Positions 12,059 to 21,421 of a stretch of DNA of 64,000 bases are shown in pieces (within the stretch, counting starts at the first letter, position 1; every line of letters begins with the position of its first letter). Under the pieces are notes generated by a model, which was not told the origin of the DNA, made no database searches, and was given only the letters and a program-made list of their open reading frames with translations. The stretch lies in assembly GCA_965223325.1 (NCBI GenBank), contig CBDCWI010000002.1, forward strand, positions 384,001 through 448,000, written 5' to 3'. This DNA comes from Candidatus Multivoradales bacterium (GTDB lineage Bacteria > Acidobacteriota > Thermoanaerobaculia > Multivoradales > Multivoraceae). A program made the translations under genes and the position numbers.

Positions 12059-13330
12059 TCAGCCGTCGCCGGGCGCCTGGGCTTCGTTCTCGAAGCGAAG
12101 GGGAAACGCCAGCTCGACTTGAAAACCGCCGTCGCGACCGTTGCGCATGACGAAGCTCTGGCGGTCGCCGTAGAGCTGGCGCAGACGGGCCTCGGTGTTG
12201 TGCAGGCCGACCCCCGGCTTGAGTGATTCGACGGGGTTGCCTTTCATGCCCGGTCCGCTGTCCCAGACCCGCAGCTCGATGCGATCAGGAAACTGCGGCC
12301 GCGCCTGGACCTCGATCAGACCGGCCGCCGAGCGCCGCGAGATGCCGTGGCGAATCGAGTTCTCGACCAGGGGTTGCAGTACCAGGCTGGGAACCAGGGC
12401 CTGTTCGACCTCCGGGTCGATCTCGAGGCGCACCTCGAGACGATCTGCGAAACGCGCCTTCTCGATCTCAATGTACTTCTCGAGCAACTCGATCTCGTCT
12501 GACAGTGCAATGACCTGCTCGCCGCCCTGGTCGAGAGACATGCGAAGGAAGTCGGAGAGGGTCACCAGCATGCGGTCGGCGGCATCGACGTCGCGATACA
12601 TGAGGGCCGAAATTGCGTTCAGGGTGTTGAACAAGAAATGCGGGTTGAGCTGTGAACGCAACACCTGCACGCGCGCCTGCGACAGGCCGGCCTCGAGCTG
12701 ACTGGCGCGCAACTCGCGGTCGCGAAAGCGCCGGTGATACTCGAAGGCATGGACGACCGCCAGAATCGCCGAATAGACGAGCAGATAGAACTCGAGTCCA
12801 CCCAGGAGGTAGCCCCGTCCCAGACGCCAGAAGCGCGGTGGAGTCTCGGTCGTCAGGCTCAGGAGCAGCCAACTCTTGCTCATCTCGAGCACCGCGTAGG
12901 CAATCGAGACCATCACCCCGGTCACCAGGTGGATCCAGATCCGTCGACGCCAGTGTCGGCGTTCGAGGGGATAGCGGCGCACCATGGCGAGCGCCAGCGG
13001 AACGAACAACGCCCACAGGCACCAGCCCACCAACTCGCTCGCCAACCGCTCCCAGGGAACCGGCTGCTGATCCGCAACGTTCTGAAGGAGCGCCGGGGTC
13101 ACACCGACGAGTCCGACCAGGACGAAGATCAACAGGAGCTGCAGCCACCCGAGGCTCCCACCCGCATCGACGCTCGCATCCGGGATGCCGGAGTCGGCCA
13201 ACACGGACCGGTTCTCGGTTGCCTGCGCTAGCTCGAGGTGTCCGTCACCGACGTAGCGCTCGGCCGCCGACTCCAGGGGCCGCACTCCAGGAACGGCGCT
13301 CTCATCGAGCGGATCACCGGTGGACGTCAT
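12059..13330 (-). CDS. LytS/YehU-type membrane sensor histidine kinase
   Basis: Four TM helices, then QLNPHFLFNTLN, LQPLVENSIRHG, DSGPG, GVGLHN. Confidence 0.92.
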   Translation of the reverse strand: MTSTGDPLDESAVPGVRPLESAAERYVGDGHLELAQATENRSVLADSGIPDASVDAGGSLGWLQLLLIFVLVGLVGVTPALLQNVADQQPVPWERLASELVGWCLWALFVPLALAMVRRYPLERRHWRRRIWIHLVTGVMVSIAYAVLEMSKSWLLLSLTTETPPRFWRLGRGYLLGGLEFYLLVYSAILAVVHAFEYHRRFRDRELRASQLEAGLSQARVQVLRSQLNPHFLFNTLNAISALMYRDVDAADRMLVTLSDFLRMSLDQGGEQVIALSDEIELLEKYIEIEKARFADRLEVRLEIDPEVEQALVPSLVLQPLVENSIRHGISRRSAAGLIEVQARPQFPDRIELRVWDSGPGMKGNPVESLKPGVGLHNTEARLRQLYGDRQSFVMRNGRDGGFQVELAFPLRFENEAQAPGDG

Positions 13331-13344
13331 GCATCACCCGAGTT

Positions 13345-15528
13345 TCATTCTCCAAAGCGCAGGTTCACCCCGGCATGGAAGAGCCGTGGTGCACCGATGT
13401 TGACCAGGCCGCCGCCGGAGATCCCCGTCTCGACCTTTTCGTCGGTGACGTTCTCGAGCGCCAGGAAGACGTCGATCTTCTTTTGCACGGAGCGACTCAC
13501 ACGCAGGCCCCAGATGACCGCGTCGCCGAGACGGCGCGTGTTGAGTGGATCGTCCCACTGCGCGTCGACGTAGCGACCCTCGCCAACCAGGCGAACCGGC
13601 CCCTGCCAATCCAAGCGCAGGCTCGCCTGCTGCTCCGGCACCTGAGCGAGCCCCAGGCCCACCAGGTCAGTGACTGGTGCCGCTTTGATTTCGCTGTCGG
13701 TCCATAGCAGGCTGAACGCCAGAGACAGCCGGTCACTGAGCGGCCCGCGCACGTCGAACTCGAGCCCCTGTACGCGAACTTCGCCGAGGTTCTGGCGCTG
13801 GCGACAGTCTCCGCCTCCGGGAGTGAAACCGCAGGGTGCAATCACCCCGGGTCCCTGTGCGAGGGTCACGTTGGCGACTGCATCCTCGAGCTGGTTGGCG
13901 AAGCCGGTGGCCTCGAACTGCCAGCGCCGATGCGACCAGGAGCCACCGAGCTCGAGGCCCTCGACGCTCTCTGGGACCAGGAGAGGGTTGGCGGCGGTGA
14001 TGTCACTGCCCACTCGGAACGGTCGATACAACTCGTTGACGGTCGGTGCGCGGAAAGCGCGGTAGAGACTCGCAAACAGGCGGCCGCCAGACCCCGCGTC
14101 GAAGACCAGGCCGAGGCGGGGTGACACTTCGGTCTCGCGGCGATCGGCGTATCGTTGCTCGAGCCGGACCGAGCCATCTACTCGCTCGGTCTCGAGCCGG
14201 AAACCATCGCGGCTTTCCCAACGATCGATGCGTGCACCGAGGACCAGCTCGATACGCTCGCCGACCTGCATCGCGTCACGCAACCAGAGTCCGCCGAGCT
14301 CCTGCTCGCCGCCAGCCTGCCGCTGACGGTTGAAATCGGCGGTGAAGAAAAAGAGCTCATTGGTTTCGCCTTCGACCTGGCGCCATTCGAGACCACCAGA
14401 AACGGCGTGTGATACGCCCCCGAGTGTTCGATCGGCACGCGTCTGGTGCCACTGGAGCTCGATCGCCAGCGCCTCGGCCGGCACGTCGAACTGGTCGAGC
14501 GCCGGGCGCTCACTGCTGCGGTCACTCGCTGCACTCGAGAAGCGCGAACCGAAGCTCTGGTCCTGGCCGTGCACCGAAAGACCCCACTCTCCCGCTGCCA
14601 TGAACCACCCCGAAAGAGCAAAGCCATCGAGCTCGGTGTCGTTGCCGGTGAGGAAAGTGCCGTTGCCGCGTTCCTCTTCGTAGCGATCGAGAGCCACCTT
14701 CGCATTCCAGCGCTCGGTCGGATCGACGTGAAGCGTCGCGCCGTAGGTCTGGTGGTCAGACGTCGCTGGCACGTCGATCGCACCGCGCTGGTCCCCACGC
14801 AGGATGTAGTAGCCGTCGGTATCAAAGCCCTCGACCCGCGCCCCGATAGAGCCCCAAGAGAACCCTCGCCGACCTGACGCCTCGAGGCGATAGGTGGCGC
14901 GTTCGCCGGCCGCCAGGTGCAGCCCGAGGACATCGTCGCGACGCCCGCGATCGGTGAGCAGCTGAATCACGCCGCCGAGGGCATAGTTGCCCCACACACT
15001 CGAGGCACCGCCACGCACCAGCTCGACCCGTTCGAGCTCGAAACGCGGCACCCGGCCCCAGTACACCCAGCCGCCGAACGGATCGTTCAGCGGCACCCCG
15101 TCGAGAACCACCAGCGTTCGGGAGACTCCGCTCGGTCCCAGACCGCGTAACGACACTCCCTGGGTGGTGGGGTGAGCCACGACACTCGAGCTGCGCCGAA
15201 AAAGCGAGAAGCCGGGCACGGCGCGCAAAGCGTCGTCGGCGGTCAGAGCGGCAGATCCGTCGAGGTCGTGGCGATCGATCACCGTCACATGGGAAGGTAC
15301 GTCCTCGATCGACTCCTCGATGCGTGCTGCGGTCACCACCACGACATCCAGAACCGTCTCTGGAGCGGTCCCTGCCGCTTCCCCGTCATGCGTCTCGGGC
15401 TCCTGCGCCCCGGCCTCCGTCCACGGCATGAGAAGCACCGTTCCGACCAGCACGACAAACGAGGCCGTGGTCAGCCGAGCTCTCGCTCTCTTCGCTTCTC
15501 TGTTCTCTACGGTCAAGCCCTTACCCAT
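13345..15528 (-). CDS. TonB-dependent outer-membrane receptor
   Basis: Signal peptide, TonB-box-like DVVVVTAAR, plug motifs SLRGLG / LVVLDGVP / VELVRGGASSVWGNYALGGVI, FRAPTVNELY, C-terminal GAPRLFHAGVNLRF; start chosen at ATG 15528 (AGAGG upstream). Confidence 0.93.
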   Translation of the reverse strand: MGKGLTVENREAKRARARLTTASFVVLVGTVLLMPWTEAGAQEPETHDGEAAGTAPETVLDVVVVTAARIEESIEDVPSHVTVIDRHDLDGSAALTADDALRAVPGFSLFRRSSSVVAHPTTQGVSLRGLGPSGVSRTLVVLDGVPLNDPFGGWVYWGRVPRFELERVELVRGGASSVWGNYALGGVIQLLTDRGRRDDVLGLHLAAGERATYRLEASGRRGFSWGSIGARVEGFDTDGYYILRGDQRGAIDVPATSDHQTYGATLHVDPTERWNAKVALDRYEEERGNGTFLTGNDTELDGFALSGWFMAAGEWGLSVHGQDQSFGSRFSSAASDRSSERPALDQFDVPAEALAIELQWHQTRADRTLGGVSHAVSGGLEWRQVEGETNELFFFTADFNRQRQAGGEQELGGLWLRDAMQVGERIELVLGARIDRWESRDGFRLETERVDGSVRLEQRYADRRETEVSPRLGLVFDAGSGGRLFASLYRAFRAPTVNELYRPFRVGSDITAANPLLVPESVEGLELGGSWSHRRWQFEATGFANQLEDAVANVTLAQGPGVIAPCGFTPGGGDCRQRQNLGEVRVQGLEFDVRGPLSDRLSLAFSLLWTDSEIKAAPVTDLVGLGLAQVPEQQASLRLDWQGPVRLVGEGRYVDAQWDDPLNTRRLGDAVIWGLRVSRSVQKKIDVFLALENVTDEKVETGISGGGLVNIGAPRLFHAGVNLRFGE

Positions 15529-15666
15529 CGCTGCCTCTTTCGACCATGCTCTGCTCGAGCGGAAACTGCTTTCGCGAAAACGCGCTGCTGAACGTCGTGC
15601 GCCACCACCCTCCTGGCTGGAGGTCGGCATGAGTGAGCAGTCTATTCACTATGCTCCTCCCTCGCG

Positions 15667-16749
15667 ATGAAGTTCTTCGATGGCCATAACGACGTTCTCC
15701 TGAAACTGCATCAGGCGACGCGTACCCAGCAGAAGAGTCTGGCTCGGGTCATCGAGAGCTTCGGCCGCGGCCGCGACAGCGGGCATCTCGACCTGCCGCG
15801 GGCGCGGCTCGGCAGGCTGGCCGGGGGATTGTTCGCCGTCTTTGTACCTCCCCCGAGAGGCGGCCCCCCCGCGTTCGGCAAGAACCGCACTGCCGACGGC
15901 TACCGGGTTCCTCTACCCGAAGCGATCGAGCCATCCTGGGCGCACCAGGAAACCGCTTCCATGTTCGACCTCTTCGACCAGTTGATGGCGGCGTTCCCAG
16001 ATGATCTCCAGCACGTCACGGGCCGAGCCACCCTCGGCGAGGCACTGTCCTCGAACCGGATCGCGGCTGTCCTTCACATCGAAGGGGCCGAGGCGATCAC
16101 CGACCCGCAGAGCGACACCAAGGCCCTGTACGAGCGCGGCCTGCGCTCGCTCGGCCCGGTCTGGAGTCGACCGAACATCTTCGGCACCGGGGTTCCCTTC
16201 GCCTATCCCGCGACCTCGGATATCGGCCCGGGCTTGACCGAGCTCGGGCGTCGGCTGCTCGCGACTTGCGAGCGGCTCGGCATCATGGTCGACCTCGCCC
16301 ACCTGAACGCTCGCGGCTTCTGGGACTACGCGGAGTTCGCAGCCAGACCGCTCGTGGTCTCTCATACGGCCGCACAAGCCCTCTGCCCGACGGCGCGCAA
16401 CCTCACCGACGACCAGATCGATGCGGTCGGAGCGAGCGGAGGCCTGGTCGGTGTCAACCTGCACGTCGGCGACCTGCGCTCCGACGGTCGTTTCGACTCC
16501 GACACGCCCCTCGATCGCTGGACCCAACATGTCTCCTACATCGCCGGCCGCATTGGCGCCGAGCATGTCGCCATTGGCTCGGACATGGACGGTGCTCTGA
16601 TGCCGCGCGACTTCGGCGACGCGACGGGCTTCCCGCGCCTCGCCGAGGCGCTCGCGAGAAGCGGTTTCAACGCCAGCGAAGTAGAAGGGATCGCCTGTTC
16701 CAATTGGTTGCGAACCCTGAACACGGCACTCGCCAGTACTCGGAACTGA
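15667..16749 (+). CDS. Membrane dipeptidase, peptidase family M19
   Basis: FDGHND, HIEGAE, MVDLAH, VSHT, RNLTD, GSDMDG. Confidence 0.93.
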   Translation: MKFFDGHNDVLLKLHQATRTQQKSLARVIESFGRGRDSGHLDLPRARLGRLAGGLFAVFVPPPRGGPPAFGKNRTADGYRVPLPEAIEPSWAHQETASMFDLFDQLMAAFPDDLQHVTGRATLGEALSSNRIAAVLHIEGAEAITDPQSDTKALYERGLRSLGPVWSRPNIFGTGVPFAYPATSDIGPGLTELGRRLLATCERLGIMVDLAHLNARGFWDYAEFAARPLVVSHTAAQALCPTARNLTDDQIDAVGASGGLVGVNLHVGDLRSDGRFDSDTPLDRWTQHVSYIAGRIGAEHVAIGSDMDGALMPRDFGDATGFPRLAEALARSGFNASEVEGIACSNWLRTLNTALASTRN

Positions 16750-16798
16750 CCGCGCCGAGCCGGGCGAGATCACTCGGGCGCTCGGGCGGCTGACCTCT

Positions 16799-17932
16799 TC
16801 AGTCCTCGCCCAGCTCCATGCGAAGTTCGGCGACCGCGTAGTCACCGGCTTGCGCGAGACCACCTTCTTCGCGCAGTTTCTCGAGCTTGGCCTTGGCCTC
16901 GATCTCTCGCGACCGCATCTTCGAGCTTTCGAGTGAGTCCTCGAGCTCGGCGACTCTCTGGTTGCTGACTTCGAGCTGCTGCAGGAGCGTGTCACGTTCG
17001 GCTTGCGACCGGCGCACCAGGTCCTCGATGTCTTGCCAGGCGGCGTCGCGCGTCTCGAGCTGCTCTTCGAGCTCGGCGACCCTGTCCGCGACGGCGGTGT
17101 TCGAGTCTCCCGACTGCCGTTTCTCCAGTTCGGCGAGATCGTGCTCGCGGTCGATGGCTTCCTTCTTCAGGCGCTCGAGCTGGTCACCTAGCTCGGCACG
17201 CTCCTCCTCGACGGCCTCGAGCGCGGTGCTGAGGTCTCGAAGCTTTTGCTCGTTGACCTCTCCGGCCGACCGCAGCGCCTCGTCGCGAGCCTCCTGTTTC
17301 AAACGCTCACGATCGCGCTCGAACTCGGCTTCCGTTTCAGCCCAGCGACACTTCAGGTTGTCGACTTCCTTTTCCTTACCTTCGAGCCGTTCGTACAGCC
17401 CAGCGACCTCGTCCCGCAATTCGTTGCGAACCGACTGCACCTTCCGGAGCTCGTCGCGCGTGTCGGTGTGGAACTTCTTCTCTTCTTCGAAGGCGGCGAG
17501 GGTCTCGTCCTTCTCCTGGCGCCAGGCGTCGGCGCGCCTCTCGAGGCTTCCGAGATCGTTGGCCGCCTTCTCGAGTTCGCGCTCCTGCTCCTGGAAGCGC
17601 AGCTCGACATCCTCGAGCGCCTTCTCGACTTCGTCCAGCTCGTCCTCGCGTAGCCGGAGCTCGCGATCGAGAGTCGACGTCTCCTCCGCCAGGGCCTTGA
17701 TCTGCTCCCGGCTGTCGACCAGCTCGAGGTCGACTTCACGAAGACGCTCCTCAGCCCGTCGGGCGGCGAGGTTCAAGCGCGCATCGCGGCGCTCGAGCTC
17801 TTCGCGCAGGCGATGGACCTCGCCCTCGAGCTCGGTTCGTTTCAGGGTCTCGGGAGGTGCAGGCGCGGTCGCATCGCCGGCAGAAGACGGCTTCGCGTCT
17901 TTTCTGGGCGCGCGGGCGCTCGATCGAGCCAT
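16799..17932 (-). CDS. Long coiled-coil protein of unknown function
   Basis: About 377 aa of E/R/L/K heptad-like sequence with no enzyme motif; ATG 17932 with GAGGA RBS. Confidence 0.75.
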   Translation of the reverse strand: MARSSARAPRKDAKPSSAGDATAPAPPETLKRTELEGEVHRLREELERRDARLNLAARRAEERLREVDLELVDSREQIKALAEETSTLDRELRLREDELDEVEKALEDVELRFQEQERELEKAANDLGSLERRADAWRQEKDETLAAFEEEKKFHTDTRDELRKVQSVRNELRDEVAGLYERLEGKEKEVDNLKCRWAETEAEFERDRERLKQEARDEALRSAGEVNEQKLRDLSTALEAVEEERAELGDQLERLKKEAIDREHDLAELEKRQSGDSNTAVADRVAELEEQLETRDAAWQDIEDLVRRSQAERDTLLQQLEVSNQRVAELEDSLESSKMRSREIEAKAKLEKLREEGGLAQAGDYAVAELRMELGED

Positions 17933-18006
17933 CGTTTTCCTCGGCAGGATTCGCGGGGAGGGGACAGAACGGGCCACCAGACATTGAGGTCGTGCCCAAT
18001 ATTTCT

Positions 18007-18034
18007 CAATTTTCTCAGATTTTTGAGAAAATTG
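18007..18034. promoter_or_regulatory. AT-rich perfect inverted repeat CAATTTTCTCA-N6-TGAGAAAATTG, probable operator or hairpin
   Basis: 11-bp perfect arms in an AT-rich patch between the RND gene stop and the coiled-coil gene start; an extra TTTCTCA copy lies at 18002. Confidence 0.55.
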
Positions 18035-18082
18035 CCAGAAACGAGCACCAGCGCTCATCACGTTTCGATCGGAGTTCAGGAA

Positions 18083-21000
18083 TCAGGCCTTGCTATGGCC
18101 GAACCAGGAATCGAGAACCGCGTAGAGCGCCGGCACCACCAAGAGGGTCAGGGCGGTCGACGCCAACAAGCCGCCGATCACCGTAATCGCCATCGGGGCG
18201 CGAAGTTCGCTGCCTTCGCCGAGGCCAAGCGCCAGCGGCAGGAGACCGAGGACCGTCGTAGCGGTGGTCATCAGAATAGGGCGCAACCTGACGCGGCCGG
18301 CCTCGCGCAGGGCCTCGATGCGGGGCAGCCCCCCCGCCTCGCCGCCCTCTTCCCCAGGAGCGACATCAGAACTCTCGCCGCGGCGGAGCCGGTTCGTGTA
18401 GTCAATGAGGACGATGGCGTTATTGACCACGATTCCGGCGAGGAGAATCGCACCAATCAGAACCACGATACTGATCGTGGTGTTCGTCAGCACCAGGAGA
18501 ACAACCGCTCCGATCACCGAAAGCGGGACGCTGAACAGAATGACCAACGGGTGTAGAAGCGATTCGAACTGCGAAGCCATGACCAGGTAGACCATGAACA
18601 CGGCGAGCAGGATGGCGAGGCGCATGCTGTCGAAGGAGGTCTCCATCTCTTCCCGCTGGCCGCCGAGCTCGTAGGAGAACCCCACCGGGAGCTCGCTCCC
18701 CGCCATCACGGTCTCGATATCTTCACTCACCGAACCCAGGTCTCGGCCTTCGAGGTTGGCGGTGATTCGCGCGACCCGCGACCCGTCGGCGCGGCGAATT
18801 TCGGCCGGGCCGATCGTCTCGATGACCTCTGCCACCGCTGACAGCGGCAGCGAGGTGGTCTCACCCGCCCGAATGTCGAGGTTCTCGAGATCGCGCACGC
18901 TGTCGCGGAAGCGTTCATCGGAGCGCAGGCGAATCTCGATGTTGCGGTCGTCGCGGTGGATGTCGGTGGCAATGTCGCCCTGGATCTTGGAACGCAAGAG
19001 GCCGCCGATATCACCGACCGTGAGGCCAAAGGCGGCAAGTCGATCGCGATCGAAGAGAATCTGTAGCTCCGGGTTGCCACCCTCGGTCGACGACTCGACA
19101 TCCACCAGTCCCTCGATCGCACGCAGTCGCGGCAGGACCTGACTCCCGACGCGCTCGAGCTGCGCGAGGTTGTGGCCGCGGATCTCGATCTCGATCGGTG
19201 TCTTGAAGCTGAAGTACGACGGCCTTCCGAAGCGGTACTCGAAGCCGCCGGTCCGTCCTAGAGGACCCGCCTGTGGCCCCTCGCCACCCGCCGTACCCGC
19301 GGTACCCGCCGTACTGGCAGAGCTGGAATAGAGCGCGTTCTCGTCGTCGAGGAAGGAGCGCAGGTCGTTGATGCGTGCATCTTCGCGCTCGCGGTCACTC
19401 GGCTGCTGCAAAAGAAGGGTTACCTGCGCGGTGTGCTCGCGGGTTTCGCCGGCGACACCTCCCTGCTCGTTGGAGCTGCCAATCAGCGAGTACACGGTCT
19501 CGACGCCATCGAGGCTGGCGGCATACTGCTCGACGCCCTGGACCCGCCGGTCGGTCACCTCGAGTCGACTTCCCGGTGGAAGTTCGAGGTCGACCCACAC
19601 TTCGCCCTGGATCAGCTCGGGAACCAGTTCGCGACCGAGCCGGCCCGCCATCCAGAGCGCCACCAGCAGGAGAAGGAGCCCGAGGCCAATGGCAGGAAAG
19701 GGCCGACGGAGCACCGCGTCGAGGCAGCGGTCGTAGAGCCGCCGCACCACTTCGAAGCCGGCGTCGAAGGCGACGAGAATCGGTGAAAGAAGGGTCCGCA
19801 GAAGGGCCACCAGACCAAGCCAGATCGCGAGCAAGAACCTGACGATCCTCACGACTCCGCTGGTGGCACCGCGTTGCAGCGCCGCCACCGGCCGCGAACG
19901 CGCTCGCGGCGGGGCGTCATCTTCGAAGCCCTCATCGAGCTCTCGCCCGAAGTCCCGTGACGCCAGCATCGGAATGACCGTCAGCGCCACCACCAGCGAA
20001 ACGAGGAGCGAATAGGTCACCGTGAGGGCCTGGTCGCCGAACAACTGCCCGGCGATACCTTCGATGAAAACGATCGGCACAAAGACACAAACGGTGGTGA
20101 TGGTGCTCGCAATGACAGCGCTGCCCACCTCGGAGGCTCCTACCCGCGCCGCCTCCACCAGGTCGAGGCCACGTTCGCGCTGACGCTCGATCGCTTCCAG
20201 AACGACAATCGAGTTGTCGAGCAGCAATCCCACACCGAGGGTCAAGCCACCGAGAGACATGATGTTGAGCGACACGTCCGAGACGAACATCAAGAAGAAG
20301 GTCGCCATCACCGAAACCGGAATCGAGATGGCGATGATGACGGTGTTGCGCGCCGAACGGAGGAAGAGAAACAGCACCACGACGGCCAGAGCACCACCCA
20401 TGACGGCGCTCGATAGCACCGCACTGACCGACTCGCGGATATAGCGCGACTGGTCGGTGACCACGGTCAGGTCGAGGGTCGGGTCGAGGCGCCGCAGGCG
20501 ATCGCGCAGGTCGTCGAGTTGCTCGCGCACATCGTCGGCCACGGTGACGGTGTTGGTGCCGCCCTCTTTGTAGACCGCGACTTCGACGCTTTCGAGGCCG
20601 TTGATGCGGGTGATGATCTCTCGTTCGCGGGTTCCCTTGTAGACCCGTGCCACATCTTCGAGACGGACCGTTGCGCCGCCGGAGCGGTCGACGACGATCT
20701 GCTGGAGTTCGTCGGGCCGGACGATCTCGTTGATCGTGCGCACCAGGTACTCGGTCTGCCCCTCGCGCAGTCGGCCACCCGTGAGGTTGACATTCTCGGC
20801 GGCCAGCCGACTGGTGATCTGGCGAATGTCGAGGCCGAGCGAAGTGAGCTTGCGCTCGTCGACCTCGACTTGAATCTCTTCCTCGAGCCCCCCGGAAACC
20901 AGTGCCGCCGCCACACCCTCGACGCGCTCGAGCGAGCGCCGCACCTCCTCTTCGGCCAGGAGGCGTAGCCGAATCAGGTCGTCGATTCCGGTGATACCGA

Positions 21001-21415
21001 CCCGCAGAATCGGATCGAGCGATGGGTCGTAGCGCAGCAGGACCGGCCGGTCGGCATCGATCGGTAGCCGAATCACATCGAGACGCTCGCGCACGTCGAG
21101 CGAAGCGAAATCCATGTCGGTGCCCCAGGCGAATTCGAGCGTCACCTCCGAGGTATCGGCACGCGAGCTCGAAGTAACGGCAACGACGTTGTTGACCACC
21201 CCGACGGCATCTTCGATCGGCCGGGTCACCAGGGTCTCGATCTCGGCCGGCGCCGCCCCCTCGTAGTCGGTACGCACGGTCACCGAGGGGTAGGTGATGT
21301 CGGGCAGCAGATCGACCGCGAGCTGCTCGAACGCCACGACGCCAAAGACCACCGCCGCAACCGCGAAGATGAACACCGTCACCGGACGGCGAATCGAGAA
21401 GTTGACCGTACGCAA
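18083..21415 (-). CDS. RND efflux permease (AcrB/AcrD/AcrF family)
   Basis: SIRRPV start, LLDNSIVVLE, VVNNAIVLID, RLRPILMTT, 12-TM layout. Confidence 0.95.
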   Translation of the reverse strand: MRTVNFSIRRPVTVFIFAVAAVVFGVVAFEQLAVDLLPDITYPSVTVRTDYEGAAPAEIETLVTRPIEDAVGVVNNVVAVTSSSRADTSEVTLEFAWGTDMDFASLDVRERLDVIRLPIDADRPVLLRYDPSLDPILRVGITGIDDLIRLRLLAEEEVRRSLERVEGVAAALVSGGLEEEIQVEVDERKLTSLGLDIRQITSRLAAENVNLTGGRLREGQTEYLVRTINEIVRPDELQQIVVDRSGGATVRLEDVARVYKGTREREIITRINGLESVEVAVYKEGGTNTVTVADDVREQLDDLRDRLRRLDPTLDLTVVTDQSRYIRESVSAVLSSAVMGGALAVVVLFLFLRSARNTVIIAISIPVSVMATFFLMFVSDVSLNIMSLGGLTLGVGLLLDNSIVVLEAIERQRERGLDLVEAARVGASEVGSAVIASTITTVCVFVPIVFIEGIAGQLFGDQALTVTYSLLVSLVVALTVIPMLASRDFGRELDEGFEDDAPPRARSRPVAALQRGATSGVVRIVRFLLAIWLGLVALLRTLLSPILVAFDAGFEVVRRLYDRCLDAVLRRPFPAIGLGLLLLLVALWMAGRLGRELVPELIQGEVWVDLELPPGSRLEVTDRRVQGVEQYAASLDGVETVYSLIGSSNEQGGVAGETREHTAQVTLLLQQPSDREREDARINDLRSFLDDENALYSSSASTAGTAGTAGGEGPQAGPLGRTGGFEYRFGRPSYFSFKTPIEIEIRGHNLAQLERVGSQVLPRLRAIEGLVDVESSTEGGNPELQILFDRDRLAAFGLTVGDIGGLLRSKIQGDIATDIHRDDRNIEIRLRSDERFRDSVRDLENLDIRAGETTSLPLSAVAEVIETIGPAEIRRADGSRVARITANLEGRDLGSVSEDIETVMAGSELPVGFSYELGGQREEMETSFDSMRLAILLAVFMVYLVMASQFESLLHPLVILFSVPLSVIGAVVLLVLTNTTISIVVLIGAILLAGIVVNNAIVLIDYTNRLRRGESSDVAPGEEGGEAGGLPRIEALREAGRVRLRPILMTTATTVLGLLPLALGLGEGSELRAPMAITVIGGLLASTALTLLVVPALYAVLDSWFGHSKA

Positions 21416-21421
21416 AGGGGT

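Noticed and set aside
15570-15579. Palindrome TTTCGCGAAA upstream of the TonB receptor
   Set aside because: Only 10 bp with no supporting repeat; could be chance
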